Source: Vicugna vicugna (lineage: Eukaryota). Taken from it: a stretch of 64,000 nt of DNA. Positions 9,950 to 22,784 of this stretch are shown in pieces. The notes below the pieces were generated by a model. That model had not been told where the DNA came from, made no database searches, and saw only the letters and a list, made by a program, of their open reading frames with translations. The stretch's first letter is position 1; each line of letters opens with the position of its first letter. The position numbers and the translations under genes were made by a program. Location: NCBI GenBank assembly GCA_013265495.1, contig MU057744.1, forward strand, positions 1 to 64,000, given 5' to 3'.

Positions 9950-12900
9950 TGACAATAAGGAGAAATTAGAGGTAGAGGACCATGGTAGACCAGGCAATCC
10001 ATACCAGTCTTCCCAATGAAAACAAACATACAAGCTACACAAAATATAAAAATTATCTTTCGAGAGGCATCAGATTGTTAAGAGAATAGAAAGAACTAGC
10101 AAGCTAGGAACTGGGGGAAATGCAGGCTGAGGGGATATGAAGCTGGAATTTGAAGCTGCTTTTCCTCTGGACTGTTAGCCACTCCAGACCAGGCAGCAGA
10201 CAGACAGGGAGCCTAAGCAGCACTTCTGACAGCATCATATGGCTAAAGGATCGGGGATTGGAGTCCAGGGCCTATCCAGTTGGATACCCCAAGAAAACCT
10301 TACCTTTGGGGTGAGACCCTGAAGGACTACACCACTGGAGTAGCTATTAACCAGAAATAGTCTTTGCAGACACTGTAGCTCACCTTCAAATCATTTCAAT
10401 TCATAAAACTGGATTCAATTCATCCCAGAGTGCTTGTGCCCCAGGCCCCTGACAAAGGAACATAAATCTTTTCTAGAGGAAGATAACATCATCCTAGGCC
10501 TCAGATTATCTCCACAATGAATTTTGTAAATGTGTCCACTACTAAAGCAAAAATAACTAAATAAGAAAAGATAACAGGACTAAAAACCAGCAGAAAAATA
10601 GAAACAAACTCATTGGGTCTTCAAATATTGATATTATCAGACATAAACTTTGAAGTAAGTACAGGCTTGTTAGAGAAAAAATGCAGTGATTGTGAAGACT
10701 TGGTGACAATTCTGGGTCCTCTTCTTTGAAGCATCTGTTTTCATTTATTTTCAGTTGTTACCATTGTTCAAGGAGATAAAAGACAAGATTGAGAATTTCA
10801 GAAGAGAACTGTAAACTATGAAAAAGAACAGAACAGAAATTCTAGAACTGAAAAACAACAAATTTAAGAAGTCACGGGTGGATTTCATAGCACACTAGAC
10901 AGAGATGAAATCAATTGGGTGTTAGATCAGAAAAATCTACAGAAAATGATGCATGGAGGAATCCAAGGACTGAAAAGACAAAAGAGAGGGTAAAAAGAGA
11001 AATAATAGAGAGTCCTAATATACATGGGGATATTAGATTTGGAATTCTAGAAAGAGAAGGGAGAATGGGAAAGAAGCAATATTTGAAGAGGTAATGACAA
11101 TTTTTTTCAAAACTAATTAAATACATAAAGCCACAGGTTCAAGAAGCCCTTAAAAACTCCAACCATGAGAAATATAAAAAAATCTACACCTAGGAACATC
11201 ATAATAAAACTGCTAAAAACCAAAGCAAAGAGAAACATCCTACAAGAAATCAGAAAACAAGAACCCGATTACTGTTAAAGAGCAAGGATTAGACTTACAG
11301 CAGACTTCTCGATAAAAACAATGACAACTAGGAAACAATGGAATAACCTTAACATGTTAAAATAAATGACTGTCAGCCTAGGATTTTATGCTCAACAAAA
11401 GTATCCTTCAAGAGTGAAAATGAACTAAAGATAATCAGAAACCAAAAGTGAGAATATCTGTCATTCACACTAAAGGAAATATTAAAGATATTCTTCAAGT
11501 TCAAGGTGAATATCCCAAGTAGAAAGTCAGAGATGCAAGAAGAAAAGAAATGTATAAAAAAAAAAGAAGAAAAAGTATAAAGGTAAATATAAATGGATAG
11601 TGGCTACATTAAAAAATACCCAAAAAGTTGAATTTCAAATATATATTGCCTAAAATTCAAGACAACAATAATATAAAATTTGGGACAGGGTAAACGGAGT
11701 TAGAGTGTTTCAAAGTCCTTGAAATACCTGAGAAGAACATTTAAGCATCAATTAATATTAGATCTAAATAATCCAAAAATTTATGCTGTAATCCTGGGGT
11801 AAATCACCAGAAGGATAGTAAATATATATGTATATTTACTATATTTATTATATATATATATATATTTATTATATATATATATATTTATTATATATATATA
11901 TATACAATTTTCAAAGTATTAGAGAGATGAAATGAAATGTTAAAAAAATCAATCTGAAAAAAGCAATAAAACAAGAGAGAAGCATAAGCTATAGATCAGA
12001 CAAATAGAACACACAATAATATGGTAGATTTAAATCCAAATATATCAGTAATCACATTAAATATAAATGACCTAATGCTCCAATTAAAAGACAAAGACTG
12101 TCAGGCTGGATTAATACTTTAAATTGTATCATGTTTACAAGAGAAGCTCATAGCACTTAAGGATACAGAACAGAAAAAAGTAAAGGGATGGAAAAATATG
12201 TCTGACGTAAACACTAGTCCAGAGAAAACAGAAGCACTTATATTAATTATCAGACAAAATAGAATTCAAAGCAAAATGTATTACTAGAGATAAAGAAGGG
12301 CATTTCAAAATAATAAAAGTTCCAATTCCCCAGGAAGTTATAATATTCTAAAATTATATATATATATACACACACACACATAAATTCAGAATTATAATCA
12401 GAGAGTTTAACACACTTCTCTCAATATTTAAGAGAACAAGCAGACAAGTCAGTAAAGATACAGAAGATTTAAACAACACAATCAACAACTATAACCTAAT
12501 GGACACGTATAGGACTCACAGCTACTAACTGTACATTCTTTTCAAGAACACAAGGACTCATTTCAAAACTCAGCCATACATTCAGCCATAAAGCAAGTGA
12601 TAAATGACTGAAATTATACAAAATACGGTCTCTAACTACATTACAATTAAGCTCAAAATCAATAATAGAAATACGATTAGAAAGCTCCCTGGTATTTGAA
12701 AATTCAGAAATATTTCTAAATAATTCATGGGAAATCAAAATGCAAACTTAAACATTTTAACTGAATGATAATGAAAATACACACATTGCAACTCACAGGA
12801 CAAAGTAAAAGCTATACTGAGGCAATTATTTATCATTGTAATTGCATATATTAGATTATAAGAAAGGTTTATAGTCAATGAACTCGGGAACCATCTCAAG

Positions 12901-13335
12901 AAATTAGAAAAAATATGGAAAACTAAACCCAAAGGGAGAAGAAAATAAAGATAAATGCAGAATCTAATGAACTAGAAAACAAATATAAAATAAGAAATAA
13001 CAAAATCAAAAGTTGGATTCTTTGGAAAGAGTTATAAAAGTAATTTTTAAAAAGCTCTAGTGAGACTTAGCAGGGGTTGGGGGGGAGGTAAAACCAGTCA
13101 GTGTCAGACATGATAAAGAGACATTACAACAGAACGCACCTTTATTAAAGATCATAAGAAGATATTATAAACAGTGTCATGCCAAGACATTCAAAAATTT
13201 AGATAAATGGGTAAATTCCTAAAAAACACAGTTTATCAAAACTGACACAGGAAAAAATATGAATCTTTACTAGTCCAGTAACTATGAAATAAATTGAATT
13301 CTTATTTTAAAAACCTTCCCACAAAAAAAAAAAAC
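9950..13335 (+). mobile_element. Old L1 (L1M-type): 5' region, decayed ORF1 and the endonuclease-proximal part of ORF2
   Basis: Strongly A-rich plus strand with L1 motifs (GAAATTCTAGAACTGAAAA, CCTAGGAACATCATAATAAAACTGC, AATGCTCCAATTAAAAGACAAAGACTGTCAG); no intact ORF. Confidence 0.85.
11821..11903. repeat. Compound (TA)n/TATTTAT microsatellite inside the L1
   Basis: Directly visible repeat. Confidence 0.9.
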
Positions 13336-13344
13336 AAACCCACC

Positions 13345-14085
13345 CAGGTTTGGAGGTAATAACCCTCAGAAACGCAGGCACACACACACCAGCGCGCAAG
13401 CACAGGGATGACTGCAGCAGCACTGCTGGCTCAAGCCCTGAACTGGGAACAAGCCAAGTGTCCATCAAAAGTGCAACAGAGAAACACACTGTGTCATATT
13501 CAGAGAAGATGATGCTACCCGGCGATGGAACGTAGCGACTGAGGCTACACGGAACAACACAGGTGAGTCTCCCAGGTGCAGCACGGGGTGAAAGAAGCCA
13601 CTGCAGGACAGAACGCGCACTCTGTAGCCAGCTTTATATGAAGCCGTGAAAACAGGCAAAACTAAACTTTAGCTTTCAAGGGCGTGTTTTTTCTTTTGGG
13701 TGGGTGGTAATTAGGTTTATTTATTTATTTACTTACTTATTTAATTTTTTTTTTTGGAGGTACTGGGAATTGAACCTACGACCTTGGGCATGCTAAGTAT
13801 GCGCTCTACCACTGAGCTCTACCCTCCCCTCAAGGACATGTATTTTGATGGTAAAACTATATTGAAAAATCAAGGACATTTTAGAGGAAAGTCAGAATAG
13901 TGGTGACCTGTAGTGGGGCGGTGGGGTCAAGGCCAGAAGGGGGGAGAGACTTTTCAGAGTGCAGCACAATTACATTTGTTGACCTGACGGGTAATGACAC
14001 TGATGTTGACTTTGTGATAAATCACTGAGCTATAGATCTTTGAACACTTTTCCATGGGTATGTTTTATTTTACAGTTTGAAAAGT
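13345..14085 (+). mobile_element. L1M(E/C)-type 3' end, interrupted by a SINE; probably the same element as 9950-13335 with most of ORF2 deleted
   Basis: CCAAGTGTCCATCAA, GAAAGAAGCCA, TTTATATGAAG..AAAACAGGCAAAACTAA and AAAGTCAGAATAGTGGTGACCT motifs. Confidence 0.75.
13693..13829 (-). mobile_element. tRNA-Ala-derived SINE (Vic-1-type), long form
   Basis: Reverse-complement head plus GGTAATTAGGTTTATTT extension; diverged TSD at 13676-13692 and 13830-13846. Confidence 0.9.
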
Positions 14086-14087
14086 GA

Positions 14088-14172
14088 TGAGAGAGAGAAA
14101 GGAAGGAGGGAAGGGGAGGAAGGGAGGAGAGAGGGATAGAAAAGAAGAGAGGGGTGGAGGGTGAAGGAAAGA
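14088..14172. repeat. GA-rich low-complexity tract
   Basis: Almost purine-only plus strand. Confidence 0.8.
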
Positions 14173-16344
14173 AGACTTGTGGGGGACTAGACGTCTATTA
14201 AAGACAGAGGAAAGGATTGCTGAAGACACTCCACTGAGCAGGGACTGTAAATGCAAATGCGCAGAAGAATCAGGCGGGGCCGCCATGAATGAGGTACATT
14301 GCGGGGACGGGGAGAGAAGCCCACTGACCAATAGTATCTACGCTCGGTGTCCATGTCCAGGAGGACCTTCACCATTGGTGCAGAGATGGTGCAAAGTGCA
14401 GCGGAGGCACCACCGGTCAGAGGACAGCAGCCTCTCAGTGCCCGAGTGGGCAAAGACCCAGTCCCGCCAGCCCTCCATCTTTTCAAGATGAGCAAGATAT
14501 CTGGGCTTTCCTGTGACTTCCCTGTTTCTTCATTGTTGATCACGAAATCAAATTATTTTAAATATTATTCAAGTCAAACAAAACCCATTTTGTGTTTCAG
14601 ACAATTTCCGTGGGGTTTGAGACCTCTGGGTGAGCCACTCAGAATGCGGCGTGGAACCAGTCACCCCGGGAGCCTGGCTTTCTCCAGCAACGCCCATAAC
14701 CGTTCAGTCAGCCGACACCAGACTCGGGGAGGAAGAATGCAGGAAGGCAGAACAGAGGGACAGGAAATCAAGGGAGGACCTCACTGAAAGGCTTCCCTCC
14801 AGGATCCAGAAAGCTGATAGGGCCTCATCCACCCAGAGTCCAGCAAAGAGATCAGAGACTGACAGCCCCTGGGAAGCACAGGGTTGAGTTAGAAGAAGTG
14901 AGAGAGGCAGAGAGTTTCAGAATTCAAGAGCTCCAAAAATAAACCTCTGCCTTTTATCACTTTTCTCTTTTTACTTGAGTTGCTCTCAACTCGCTTGCTT
15001 TCTTTTTTTTTTCCCCCCCCAATTCTAACAATTCTACAAGCAGAGTGTGAAGAGCAAACAACCAGAGGTCCACATCCTGGCTGTGGCCCATGGGCCTCAA
15101 AGGCAGGCGCACACACGGGCTCTCCCCCAGCGACCCAGCCGTGGCTTCAGCCCACGGGCCAAGGCCACCGGCAGACAGCATGGTGCTGAGTCGGGCCCGG
15201 CCCGCGTGGCTGTCCTCCAAGAAGCACTGGAGCAGCGGAAACAGCCAGGAGCTGGCGTCACCAGTGGTCAGCAGTTGGGAGCAGCTGGAGGGAGGAGGGC
15301 CAGTGAGCAAATAGCAGAGTTGGGGAAATAAGACTTGGGCTGAACAAAGTTCACTGTTGTTTTCCGAGACACCGGGGCCTGCCTGAGCCACCCCGGAGAC
15401 CAGGGCGAGGAGGCAGTGGACTGAACGCTGGTCTCAACTTCTAAGGCCCGGAATGCTTGGCCACCAAACGGTGACCGGGGCCACTGCTGTTCCCCTCGGG
15501 GCAGAGGGCAGGCGGCAGCTTGGTGTGGACCGGGAAAGAGGGACAGGCAGTCAGAGCAAGACCAAACTACAGAGACAAAAGGCAAGATAAAAGGAAAAAC
15601 AAGAAGAAGGCCATTGGTGCTTTCCACGTGCTGTGCAAATTCACTTAAATTCATCTCCCACGAATTACTCCATCTTGAACATTTAGAGCTGTTCAACCCT
15701 GCACGTACCTACCTCCTGTAGTGAGCTCTCTGTTTCAGCAGGGTTGGGTCAGAAGCTCAACTATTTCCTATCAGAAATTCTGCTAAAAAGAGGAGAGGCT
15801 GGGCTAGCTAACGTCTCACTCTTAAAACTGTCATTTAGCAGAATGGGATAATGATATCTTTAGAATAAGTGATATTTTTTTCTGAGTACCCACGTGTCAC
15901 TATTTGAAAGGCATTCAGACAAACCAGATTATTTGCAAGTAGGTCTGGCTATCTGCAAATCCGCTGACTGAAGTTCTCAGGTTCGAAACAAGGTTTGTTT
16001 TAAGAAATTAATTCAGATACTAGTTTTCCTGAAAAGCAGTGAATTCAAAAACAGTGAAGAATAAGACCTTTTCCTTTTTAAATTCTATACCTTTTACAAA
16101 TTGTTTCTGATAGACCATCTGTTAAAAAAAAAAAAAACCTCTTGGTAAATTAAATATTCTAGGGAGTCATTACTATTTTTTGAACTCAAAGTACTTTTAT
16201 TTATCTAATAGCTGAAACTCCTATGCTTTTACATATTTGCTTCCCTGCAACAACCAGCCCTGTTCCTGAAACATAAATGCTGGTTGAATGAATCCGTTGC
16301 AAAGACACAGCAGAGAATCAGTCCACTTCTGCATATTGGCAAGA

Positions 16345-16545
16345 ATAATAAGATTTTGAACGCTTCCTCTGTGCTAGTAACTAGACCAGCAGAACTTGCT
16401 ATGGGCTAGTGACTGCATCAGATCCCCAAGATGCTACTGCTGTGATTGTTCCCATTTTACTGATGATTCAACTGAGGCTGGTGAGTGGTAGAGCCAGGAT
16501 TCAAGGCCAGGTCTGTTCCACTCCTGAGCAGAAGTTCTCAGCCAT
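16345..16545 (-). mobile_element. MIR SINE
   Basis: CCCATTTTACTGATG..AACTGAGGCT..GTGAGTGGTAGAGCCAGGATTCAAG core. Confidence 0.75.
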
Positions 16546-17099
16546 CGTTTTAAATTGAATCTCAATCCTCTGTTCCGTGGATATATTTTTAAGTGTCGCA
16601 TTTGGTGTGTTCAGCAGATGGAAACTGCAGTGTGGCCCCGTGTAGAGGGACCACCGGGCTGAGAAGGCCGGCTGCCCCTCGGTGGGTACACACCCTGCCC
16701 CTGCCCCAGCTGCTTCTGCTACGGGCCTGCAGCCTCCCCTCCCCCAGGCCCTAAATCACTCTCCAGCCCTTTGTTCTTCCCCCAGCTGCTCAGCAAATTC
16801 CTTCATTTAAAATTATGATCACAGGTTGGAGTGCTACTTAAAATAATTCTGCCAAATGTTCCATCTCTCTGCATTGATGAATATAATGGATGAAAATTTA
16901 AAGACAAAAAAAAATTAAGGATTCGCTTTGTCAAAGACACACACATGAAAAAAAAAAAATCATGGGCCGCATCCACGGCATTTGTTGGAACCTGAAGGAT
17001 TTTCTCCCACAGGAAGCTGCCCAAAGGCTGGGCTTTCGCGAGCCTTCGGCCTGGTGGGGCTAGTGGGCTGCAGGCAGGTCCGGCCTGCCCCAGATGGAG

Positions 17100-17720
17100 G
17101 GAGCAAAGGTCAGAGCGGCTGTTAGGTTTGTTTAAGCATGAGTCAGAGGCGGAGTGGGGGCCGACCCTCGGTTTCCAATTTCCAATTTCCTGTGCAAGTC
17201 GCCCTGTGCGAGGCACTCCTCCGGCCCGGCCAGCCTTTCATGCGCACCGCTCTGCAGAACAAAGGCGATCCAGAGACACATAAATAACCCGGACGGGCCT
17301 GGTCTTCCTTCTCTGATTCCAGATTTCTCTCTCGAATTCGGGAGGGTTCCAACACTGAGGGAGGCAAGGCACGAAGGCTGACCGCCGCAACCCGCGGCTG
17401 GATCATCTGAGGCCTACCGCGCATGCGCCCGGCCTCTGGCCTTCCTCCCCTTGGACCAGCCCTGAGCGCTGAGCGAAGCCTCAGGCCGGCGCATCCTTTA
17501 GGCTGACCCACTGCTCAGGGTCCCCGTGGCTCAAGGGACCCAGTAGACGGGCCACAATGAGTCACAACAAGGGGCCTGCATCACGCCGGATTCTGCCAAT
17601 CAGGCGCACCCCACTTAAGACGTTTCCCCCATTTTCTGAGGCTTCCTCTGTGCTGGCGAAATCGGTGTGGAGATGAGCCAATCCTGCACTCTGGGGTGGT
17701 GGTGACGGTCTCGCTCAAAT
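17100..17720. promoter_or_regulatory. Promoter-like CpG-retaining element (NRF1, two CCAAT boxes, two AP-1 sites, NBRE)
   Basis: AAAGGTCA 17105-17112, TGAGTCA 17139-17145 and 17558-17564, GCGCATGCGC 17419-17428, CCAAT 17596-17600 and 17678-17682. Confidence 0.55.
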
Positions 17721-17866
17721 TCTCCAGACCAAAAAAGCCCTCGCAACAAGGAGGCACTTCAGCCAGCAGATCCTTGCGCTCAGACCTGCCCCTCAGCTAA
17801 GATTCCAGGGACCCATTAAAGAATACGTTCCCCCAGGGCCACCCTCAAAGCAGACTTTCCTGGGGT

Positions 17867-18000
17867 GGGGGAGGGTAGGGCTCAGTGGTAGAACGTGTGC
17901 TTAGCATGCACGAAGTCCTGGGTTCGATCCCCAGCACCTCCATTAGATAAATAAACAAATTAACCTAATCTCCCCCAACCAAAAAATGAAAGAAAACAAA
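17867..18000 (+). mobile_element. tRNA-Ala-derived SINE (Vic-1-type), long form
   Basis: GCTCAGTGGTAGA..GCTTAGCATGCACG..GGTTCGATCCCC head, AACCTAATCTCCCCC extension, A-rich tail. Confidence 0.9.
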
Positions 18001-18544
18001 GTAAACTGTTCTCTGAAAATCAGGCCTGCCGTTTATGGAAAGCCAGCGCCTCTGGAAACACCCTGCTCCTTGAGGCGCTGCCTGTTTGTCTGGCGCTTCA
18101 CCCTTCCAAGACTCCCAAAGGGGATGCCTTCTGCAGTAAGTTTGGCCCACTGAGCTTAAAGGGAGCGCCATGTGTTCCCTCGAAACGATCCTTCACACAG
18201 CACACAGCCCTGGGAAGAAATGATTACTCTAGCCATTGAGAGCTAGGAAGCATGAGCTCTCTAAACACCTGACAGCTCAGGTGCAAGGATCACTTTTTAC
18301 TTGGTTCTGCTTCACATTATTATGTTTTGAGGATCCAAAGTTTAAATTACTGACCTGGTGAAATTTTCTGGCCCAGCTTTTAAAGACTGCTGTGACCCAC
18401 TCATAATCACCCTTCTGCTTTAGGATTTATAAGACAAAATCCAGCGACGAACAAAGCAAAGAAAATGCAGATGGGAAATCAGAACTGAAAGATAAATGTA
18501 TGACGTGGCAGACCCGGGACAGACCATCCCCAGACCCATTGCTT

Positions 18545-18645
18545 TCCCAAGGGAGGTTCCTGTCCCTTTCTGAGCCTCGATTTCCTCATCTGTTAAATGC
18601 ATATAATTCCATGCCCTTCACCAGAACGTTATGGTAGTTAGAAGA
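18545..18645 (+). mobile_element. MIR core fragment
   Basis: CTTTCTGAGCCTCGATTTCCTCATCTGTTAAATG. Confidence 0.65.
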
Positions 18646-19734
18646 ACCTACCCTGTTGAGTGTAAGCAGGAGTCTTTATAGAGGTGTTTCGACCAGACGT
18701 AGCAGAAGTACAGTGGGGCAGAAGGAGCGCCCATCTGCAGGTGGGGACGGAAGGGGAGGCATGCTGCCATTCTTTGTCACACCCGCACTCTCCAGAGCTG
18801 TCTGCTTTGCTTGAAGATCTGTTACCAGATTCTCTCCGAAGTATGCCCCCACCCCCAGCCCAGCCCAGCCCCATCATGGGCTTCACTCCCAGGCCCTGCC
18901 TCGTGGACTGGTGGGGGAGGGGTAGGACCAGCTGGGCTCCTCTCACTCACTGCGCTGTGCACACCTCTCTCTCCCTCCCTCATCACTCTTTGACCCCCAA
19001 GGGTGCATGAGCACTTGGCTCCTCCAGCCCCTTTTAGAGGAAAGAGATGTCTCGGGTTCCTCTGAGTTCCACTTTATACCCTGCTCACCCAGTGCACACA
19101 GAGTGCAGCAGCCGGAGCCGCCGCCCAATGAAAGGAGGACTTTATCACTGAGATTGTGGAGAATGACCAGTGCCCAGCAATTCAAAATTTTAAAAGCAGT
19201 AAACTCAAGAGACAGTGCATCGCTCATGGCCACCCCTGAGGCCCGCCCACCCTACACCCTCATCTCTTGGGTGACCACCCCCTGCCGACTCCTTCTCCTC
19301 CCCTTTTGCTCTTAATACTCTTGTCACCAAAGTGACCTGCATCCTTGCTCACGTCCTCTACAGGAGCAAGGAGAGCAAGGCCTGTTACAACTCCCGGCAA
19401 GAAGTTATTCCTGGGCCCTTTGGGCAAACAAGGAAATAAAAGGCCCCCAAAGAGCACCGCAGACATCTGAGAAGCGTCCTCGGGGCCTCCTTCTCTTCCT
19501 GAGGGTTTTTTTCTTTCCTCTTTCACAGATGGCTGCACTGAATGAGGAAGTGCTGTCAGCAAAAAGGAGAGGAAACCTTTGCCCCTGGCCACTCCCAGAG
19601 TCAGGGGCCCTGCCGGCACCAAGGCAAGAACATCCTTCCCCTCCAGGAGGTGGCCCTGTCCGCGCCTGTGGAAACGAGCGCGGAAGTGCAGGGGGAAGTC
19701 TCTTTGTTACTTCAGTTTTTCCACTCAGGTCGTT

Positions 19735-19874
19735 CTTTTCTTTTTCTTCTTCTTTTTCTTTTTCTTTTTCTTTTTCTTTTTTTTTCTTTTTCTTTCTTTA
19801 TGGAGGGACTAGGGATGGAACCCAGGACCTTGTGCATGCTAAGCACGCACCTACCACTGAGCTATTCCCTCCCC
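19735..19874 (-). mobile_element. tRNA-Ala-derived SINE (Vic-1-type), short form with a (TTTTTC)n tail
   Basis: Reverse-complement head joined directly to a T-rich tail. Confidence 0.9.
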
Positions 19875-20001
19875 TGAAATCACGTTTTCTACCTTGTGCA
19901 GGTGACTTCCTGCAGAAGCTTCTGGAAAGAGAGAACAGAAGTTTTATTCCATACAGTAAAATGACTTCATGAAGACATAACCTTAACATCTTGCTTACTA
20001 A

Positions 20002-20040
20002 GTGTGTGTGTGTGTGTGTGTGTGTGTATACATATACACA
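20002..20040. repeat. (TG)n microsatellite
   Basis: Directly visible. Confidence 0.9.
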
Positions 20041-20499
20041 CCACCTTCCACCCTGCCCCAATCTGGCCCTTCACAGATGCCTCCTTTTTGAATCTTGTAA
20101 CAACTTTCCAAGGGAGAGAAGGGGTTTTCCCCCCATCTTACAGACAAGAAGATAGAGGCCAAAGAAATGAAAGGATTTCCCATGGTGGCATGGAACGGGA
20201 CACAGCCGAGACTTAAAGCTGTCTGAAGTCAAGGTCAGCTTTTATTGGTCATCCAGCCCCTGCAGGGTCTCAACAGCGCCATGGGCCACCTGGTTACGTA
20301 CCAAATTCCCTCATCAGTAGAGAACTATCACCTTCTTAAAAACTTGGAAACTGACACTTCAAAAAGCAAATATATTTCCAAACTTTGGGTTAATGATAAA
20401 GCTGAGAGAACGCAAAAGACTCCCCGTTCCCTTTCCTCCTTTATCAAAATGTGACTTAGATTTGGGTGCCAAGTCAAATTTCTCCAGTGCGATATCCTT

Positions 20500-20780
20500 C
20501 ACGGTAACTTATTAAAGGGCCGATCAAAGTTTGCTTTAAGAGGAAAGTAAATACACCCAACTTTCCCAACCACGCCGGACCCTGAGTCCACTTCCTGGTT
20601 CCACTGCTGACTCAGGCCATAATCGGAGATAAGTACCCACACACCCACTGCCCGGCGAGCGGGGAGCCCCAGCACCCATGTGCCCCCAGGATGCTCCAGG
20701 ATGCTGGAGATGGAATCACTGTCCCGGGGGGAGCCAGACCAAAGGTGATGCCAAGGGCGCCAGGCTCCGCGCAGGGAGCT
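20500..20780. promoter_or_regulatory. Candidate enhancer with TCF/LEF, FOX, ETS, MAF/AP-1 and GATA motifs
   Basis: ATCAAAG 20523-20529, AAGTAAATA 20545-20553, CACTTCCTG 20589-20597, TGCTGACTCAG 20605-20615, AGATAAG 20627-20633. Confidence 0.45.
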
Positions 20781-21514
20781 CCTGCTTGTCCTCGTGTGTC
20801 TCGTGGGGAGGAGAGGAGTCACTTGTTCATCACATCGCCTGTAAAACCCTGCCGTCCTTTGACTCTGAACTTGCCCATAATCATTGGAAGTAAGGAGGGA
20901 AGGGCTGCACTTTTGGACTCAGATGGCAGAGAGGATAAGAACAAAGTTGACAAAGGGTCAGCTCTGATCACATGGTGAACACTTGCAAGGAAACAAATAA
21001 AAATAGCCAGAAGTGGGTCAGCACTGACGCTGAGGTTAGAGACCGGATATTGGGGCAGAGGTCTGGGGACAGGGATACCAGTTTTATTTTATGAATACAA
21101 ATTCAGACTGTCTTTCTCGTCTGCTTCCCTGTCCCCTCTCCCCTTTTTTTCCCCTCCTCTCTGTCTTTTGGATACACAGGAAACACACATACACACAGAG
21201 CCAAAAAGCACAGTGTGATATTGAATCCTGGATCCATCTTCTCAATTCCAAAACTTCTTTTTCCTGAAGCTGAAGGGAAAAAAAATAGATACTTACAAAG
21301 AACTCACTTGAGAGGCAGGCAGGAAAGAGAAACATCACAGACACTTTACGTGTCTCGAAGGGTCTGCAACCTTAGTGCCTGTTGCTGATGGGGGAGAGGG
21401 CAGCAAACCAGAAGAAAAGCACTTCGGACCGAAGAGATGGACCTGTCCCCAAGCAGGGCCACACACACCAGCCTCCTTCCATCCCTGCCACCGGGGATCA
21501 GTGACATTCTTGTG

Positions 21515-21675
21515 TCGCCCACACGGTAGACATGCACATGCAAGCGCGTATACACACACAATTCCCACGCACACCCACACATGTGCCTAGTGCTACACAA
21601 ATACACACATAGTATAGACACATGGCACCCATGCGCACACACAGCAGACATGCACACGCAGGCCCCATACACATG
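21515..21675. repeat. Degenerate CA-rich low-complexity tract
   Basis: Imperfect CACA/CATG repeats. Confidence 0.7.
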
Positions 21676-22748
21676 GGCATCACCAGAAACTCGTTCTCAC
21701 TCTCACTGGAACCTTAAGATTTTGGCAGTTCATGTGGGCTTCCACGCTTGGCAGGATCACATTTCCGTGTGACGTGATTGGGGCAGATTTATTGGGCTTA
21801 CCAGAGGGAGAGGGAGAGAGAGAGAGAGCAGAAAATTCTGATGCCCAAAGATCCCAGGCTGACCATCAGGGCCAAGACGAAGAAATCAGCAGAATGGGTT
21901 CATCTGGTGAGAATCAGCATGCTTGACTGGTACTCTGCTGGAACACTGACGCATACTTGTCTTCCAGATGTTACCGCCTTCAAATTCATTGAAAAGTAAA
22001 AGGAATTTGGGGGCCGAGCCCCAAAACATAGATAATCCTATCTACGCACACAGGCATGCATATACACCTACATACATGCGCACCCAGCACCCACACTCCT
22101 CTGGGAAGAATTGGGGTGTGGAGGTGGGTTCCTCCACTTGACTCTCTCTCTCCCCTGCAGGCAAAGCACAAGAAGCAGCCCCCTAAAGGCAGGTTCATCC
22201 AGCCAAGCTGTCACCCACAAGCCCCTCCAAGACAGTCTGGGGAGCAGGCGCCCCATTCTGAAGTTTAGTTCACTTAGCAGAATGTTTCCAAGGCCAAGAC
22301 AGCCCCACACATCTAGCCAACAGAACTTTCTGTGCGGCGGTCAGTTAGCTGTGTCGCACAGGCACGCCATCTGTTTTCATTTACTTCAGACCACGAGCCT
22401 GGGTCCTGGGAGCATTTGTCCAACTGAGCCTCCCCGTGGCTGCAAGAGGGTTAGGTTTCCAGAACGACAGAGAAATTACCTGGGCTTGAAATCCCCAGGA
22501 GGCCCTGGATAAGGAGCAGTTTCAGATTGGGTGTTTTGGTTTTGGTTTTTTTTTTAAATCATACAATTTTAAAAGATCTGCTTGTTATAAATCTGGCCTC
22601 AAATCAAACAGAGACCCACTAAGAAATCTGCAAGAATAGATGATTTTTTTAACTTGGGGTTTTCAGGGTGGGATTTTTGGGGAGTGGGCGGGAAGCTACC
22701 CAGTCAATAAACTCCTTAAGAGCCGGGCAAAATTCCCTTGTCAATTAC

Positions 22749-22784
22749 CGTGTGTGTGTGTGTGCGCGCGCGCGCGCGTGTGTA
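22749..22784. repeat. (TG)n(CG)7(TG)n alternating purine-pyrimidine tract
   Basis: 36 bp of uninterrupted alternation with seven consecutive CG dinucleotides at 22765-22778. Confidence 0.9.

Noticed and set aside
14890..15720. Unique exon-like sequence with minus-strand ORFs of 144 and 142 aa and a pyrimidine tract at ~14950-15020
   Set aside because: No recognisable peptide, and the CTAAC branch-like motif lies after rather than before the pyrimidine tract; it could be lncRNA exon but the sequence alone cannot show that.
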